Assembly (NCBI RefSeq): GCF_032191835.1
Contig: NC_083228.1
Span: 8,556,001-8,620,000, forward strand
DNA: 64,000 bases
Reading direction: 5' to 3'
DNA from: Heteronotia binoei
Taxonomy: Eukaryota
Position numbers and translations under genes: made by a program. Positions 59,814-64,000 of the stretch are shown here, in pieces; positions within the stretch are counted from its first letter, which is position 1, and each line of letters opens with the position of its first letter. Under the pieces are notes generated by a model, which saw only the letters and a list, made by a program, of their open reading frames with translations, searched no databases and was not told the DNA's origin.

Positions 59814-61654
59814 GTGAGTGGTTGGCTACGAAGAGGCAGATTTTCTTGGGGGGAGAAGAAGGGCACGCTTAATAACCAGAGGGTGTATTTCATCCTTGTT
59901 TTGTCCCACTGGGATTGGGCTCTGATGTCATAGCGTTAGGCTGCATTCTCTTCCATTCATACATGGGAGTTAAGTCCCGCTGAATTCTGAGTAAGCAGGC
60001 ATACAATTGCACTGCGTGTCATTTTTATTGTTTGTTCTGTATAGAAAAGTGGTTTTTCAGGTACACCTTGCAGTTTGTTTATTTATTTATTCGGGATTTG
60101 TATCCCGCCCTTCCCACAAGTGGCTCAGGGCGGCTTCCAACAATTGATCACGCATAAAATTTAAACAATTTTAAGTATAAAACAATTAGATACTTAAACA
60201 TTTAAAACCTTAAAAACCAGTAACATTTCAATTTCATAAAAACAATTAAACCTTAAAAACCAGTAACATTTCATTTCATATAAACAGATGGCTGGCCAGT
60301 TACATCAAGTTTTCATCCCAGCTAGGTGTAAGCTAGCCGGAAGAGGGTCGTCTTACAGGCCCTGTGGAATTGAATCAGGTTCCGCAGGGCCCTCACCTCT
60401 TCCGGCAGCTGATTCCACCATGTGGGGGCCATAACGGAGAAAGCCCTTTCTCTGGTGACTTTCAAACGCGCTTCTTTTGGCCCGGGGATAGAGAGGAGAT
60501 TTTGTGTTCCTGACCTCAGTTCTCATGTTGGAGGTGGTCTTACCCTTCTCAGGGTTGAGGTGGTCTTATCCTTCTCAGGGTAGAGATTCCTAAATCTTTC
60601 GGAGCTGTCTGAAGGATGACATGCTCTCATGGTCTCTTGCCTCTCACAACTGAATGGAGGCCACTGGCTGCTCTGGGCAGGGCCTTCTTAGTGGTGGTGC
60701 CACAACTGCGCAGCTATCTCACCCAGGCTTGCTGAGGACAGTTCTCATTATTTTTGTTCCTGGTTAAGATTTTTTTTTATTACTTTAAAAAATTGAATTC
60801 ATTTGGTAGGATTTTATTTGTTGCTATGAAAACTGGTGCTATTGGAGACTTTAGTTACTGCTGTTCTCTTTTGTTGCATTTCATTCAGATTTTTATTGTT
60901 TCTTGCTGCTTATTCTTGCTGCTGCTTTATTAGTATGCTGCTTTCTTTAGATATTTGATATGAAGTTTGAAAAGGTTTTTTTTGGCAAGGCAGGGCAAAC
61001 CTTTTAAATAAGTCATTGTTTAAGACTTTTCTCTTAAGGGCATTCCGTGCCAGCCTCTTTGTCTGGGCCCTATTGTTGCATTAGCTGTTTAATTATCTAG
61101 TTATTCTGATTCTCTCTATAGCTGTCTGGTAGTTTTTACGAGTAGTTTATTGGAAACCATTGAATTTCAAACAGTGTAATATGACATTTAAAACAACGTG
61201 TTACTGCAATCACTGATTTTTTTTTCTTTTTAAATAAAACATGCTTTTTGTAGATTTCCTCTTAATGGGAACCATCTGACCCTAGGGTCTGTTGCTTTTC
61301 TTCATTACATATAGCCCTTCTATATGCTCTCTAGAGAGTCGGTTTGGTGTCGTGGTTAAGTGCCTGGATGCTTCTCTGGGAGAACCGGGTTTGATTCTCC
61401 ACTCCTCCACTTGCAGCTGCTGGAAGGGCCTTGGGTCAGTTGTAGCTCTCGCGGAACTGTTCTTGAAAAGACAGCTTCTAGGAGAGCTCTCTCAGCCCCA
61501 CGTACCTCACAGGGTGTCTGTTGTGGGGGGGAGGGGAAGGTAAAGGAGATTGTGACCGCTCTGGGATACAAATCCAATATCATCATCATCGTCTTACTGT
61601 CACTGACTCTTAATGGGGCCTTAAAATGCAGCATTTTATGCTTTTCCTCTTCAG

Positions 61655-61843
61655 GTGTTGATGCTCATCGATGCCAGTTTCGGCTTTGAAATGGAAACGT
61701 TTGAGTTCCTGAACATTTGCCAGATACACGGCTTTCCGAAAATCATGGGTGTCCTCACGCACTTGGATACTTTGAAGAATAACAAACAGCTGAAGAAGAT
61801 GAAGAAAAGACTGAAACACAGATTCTGGACTGAGGTGTATCAG
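61655..61843 (+). CDS. BMS1: BMS1 coding exon 4
   Basis: TTCAG|GTGTTG...CAG|GTAACG; VLMLIDASFGFEMETFEFLNIC...RFWTEVYQ. Confidence 0.95.
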
Positions 61844-62446
61844 GTAACGGGATCTCAGTCACTCGGGATAAATGGCAGGCTCTGTGACGTGTTCTCTAGA
61901 AGGGAAGGAAACCAGTTTAGCTCGGTGGTTGTGTGGTAAATGTGAGCTTCTGCCGGTTATCAACCCAACGAACTCATTCTCACGAAAACATGGTTGAGAG
62001 GGCAGAATACTCAGATTAGATCCAGGTGGGCAGCCGTGTTGGTCTGAAGCAGTAGCACAACAGACTATTTATTGCACTTCACATCCAGGATACCTTAATG
62101 ACATAGACATCAGTCTGCTATTCTGACTTACGTTGCCTTTGTTGTTGTCTCAGCCCAGTCAACACAAACTAACAAACACCAGACCCCAACTTGTGAGGTA
62201 AGTGGGGCTGGAGAGGGCTCTCACAGCAGCTGCCCTTTCAAGGACAACTCCTGTGAGAGCTATGGCTGACCCAAGGCCATTCCAGCAGGTGCAAGTGGAG
62301 GAGTGGGGAATCAAACCTGGTTCTCCCAGATAAGAGTCCGCACACTTAACCACTACACCAAACTGGCTCTCCAGTTTGGTACTCATAAAAGTACGTACGT
62401 TTTTTGAAATCGTTGAATTTTTGTGTGTGTGTGTGTTTTCTTTTAG

Positions 62447-62589
62447 GGCGCCAAGCTGTTCTATCTCTCCGGCATGGTACACGGAGAATATCAAAAGCAG
62501 GAAGTCCACAACTTGGGACGCTTCATCTCAGTGATGAAATTCCGGCCGCTCACATGGCAGACATCTCATCCTTACGTTCTGGCAGACAG
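62447..62589 (+). CDS. BMS1: BMS1 coding exon 5; gene continues beyond the window
   Basis: TTTTAG|GGCGCC...GACAG|GTAATT; GAKLFYLSGMVHGEYQKQEVHNLGRFISVMKFRPLTWQTSHPYVLAD. Confidence 0.95.
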
Positions 62590-62849
62590 GTAATTTCCCT
62601 GCACTCTCCTGCTGCTTCCCTTATTTTACAAAATAACGTTTTAGTAAAGATTGGATGTTTCTAGTGTTTGATGTTGGCTGCGGCAAAGCTGTAGAACAGT
62701 TTTATTTTAGATATTTAAAAAGCAGTTTTAGCCAACCCAGCATTTTCAGATCCAGGGACATAAATTATGGGGGTTCAGCCCCCTGAATTTCCTGGAGGGG
62801 GCATTCCCCCCCCCCCCAACTTCCATCATGAAGCTGCTTAAGATTATGC

Positions 62850-63370
62850 CTGGGATGGAGAAAGTAGAGAAAGAAGTACTTTTCTCCCTTTCTCACAATA
62901 CAAGAACTTGTGGACACTCAATGAAATTGCTGAGCAGTCAGGTTAAAACGGATAAAAAGGAAGTACTTCTTCACCTAAAGGGTGATTAACATGTGGAATT
63001 CACTGCCACAGGAGATGGTGGCGGCTACAAGCATAGCCAGCTTTAAGAGGGGATTGGATAAAAATATGGAGCAGAGGTCCATCAGTGGTTACTAGCCACA
63101 GTATATATATGTGTGTGTGTGTATATATATGTATATGTGTGTATATACACACACGCATATTGGCCACTGTGTGACACAGAGTGTTGGACTGGAGGGGCCA
63201 TTGGCCTGATCCAACAGGGCTTCTCTTATGTTCTTATGTGACACAGAGTGTTGGACTGGAGGGGCCATTGGCCTGATCCAACATGGCTTCTCTTATGTTC
63301 TTATGTGACACAGCGTGTTGGACTGGAGGGGCCATTGGCCTGATCCAACATGGCTTCTCTCATGTTCTTA
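62850..63370 (+). mobile_element. CR1-clade LINE 3' fragment with triplicated terminus
   Basis: Same family as 21240-21770; terminal unit of about 66 bp repeated three times. Confidence 0.8.
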
Positions 63371-64000
63371 AGCTTAAACTGTACATTTCCCATCCCCATT
63401 CATACAGAGGCTACCAATGCCACTTTCTTTCTTTGGGACATTTACTTGCGAGACAGGTGCATCTGTTCACTGCCTTACCTTATTTTGTCCTTGGGATGTT
63501 CAGAAGCACTCACTCTGGTTGTCTTTGGAGGCCCTACTTCAATTGCTGCTGCTTTCTGAAGCTACAGTGAAAAAACAGGGACGGGGAGAAAGACTATAAC
63601 AACCAGAAAACACCAGATATCTCCCTTGTATAATGAAAACCATGCGCTAAATATCTCCAACACATAAATAATACACAAAACACTAGTATTACTTATGAGA
63701 AAAATTCAAAATGTTGTAACACACACACACTGTCGCCAATAAATACAATATCCAGAATCATAAACCAAACCACCAGGTTCCATTACAGTTCCAGGCTCCC
63801 AAGGAATATGTAAAGGACTTGTACAACACTCAAAAGGTGATATAAATATATTCTCCAACTGTGCGTAAAGGATGTTTTCAACGGAATTTCGATCGTTATA
63901 TATCCCGTTTCGATTAATATCTTTGTCAAGAGATGCACATATGAATAACTTAAGCCTTTACTTTGAGGCTCTCTAAACCATATCTCAGCTTCGGAAATAT

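Overview
Vertebrate genomic DNA from a squamate, most likely a gecko (inferred from Sauria-type and Squam3-type SINEs, CR1, L1 and Penelope-like repeats). The right end (51.3-64 kb) holds the CpG-island promoter and first five coding exons of BMS1. The left 50 kb is a repeat-rich, internally duplicated region with four main components. (1) An LTR, primer-binding site and an intact 812-codon gag-like ORF, with no recognisable intact pol or 3' LTR. (2) Three intronless copies of zinc-finger spliceosome genes within 27 kb: ZMAT2 (full length), KIN17 (no ATG, 3'-truncated, frame open) and SLU7 (full length). (3) Two paralogous DUX-like PRD-class homeobox exons, plus one matching VWFQNR exon. (4) Five copies of a locus-specific module with AP-1, octamer-like, TATA and splice-donor motifs, each pointing towards one of the retro-derived ORFs. 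Each retrocopy has an in-frame phase-0 CAG acceptor just upstream. The best candidate for a new system is therefore splicing-factor retrogenes plugged into duplicated DUX-like transcription units, possibly as chimeric transcripts. That model is inference from sequence only; there is no expression evidence here. Repeat boundaries are approximate and repeat annotation is not exhaustive.
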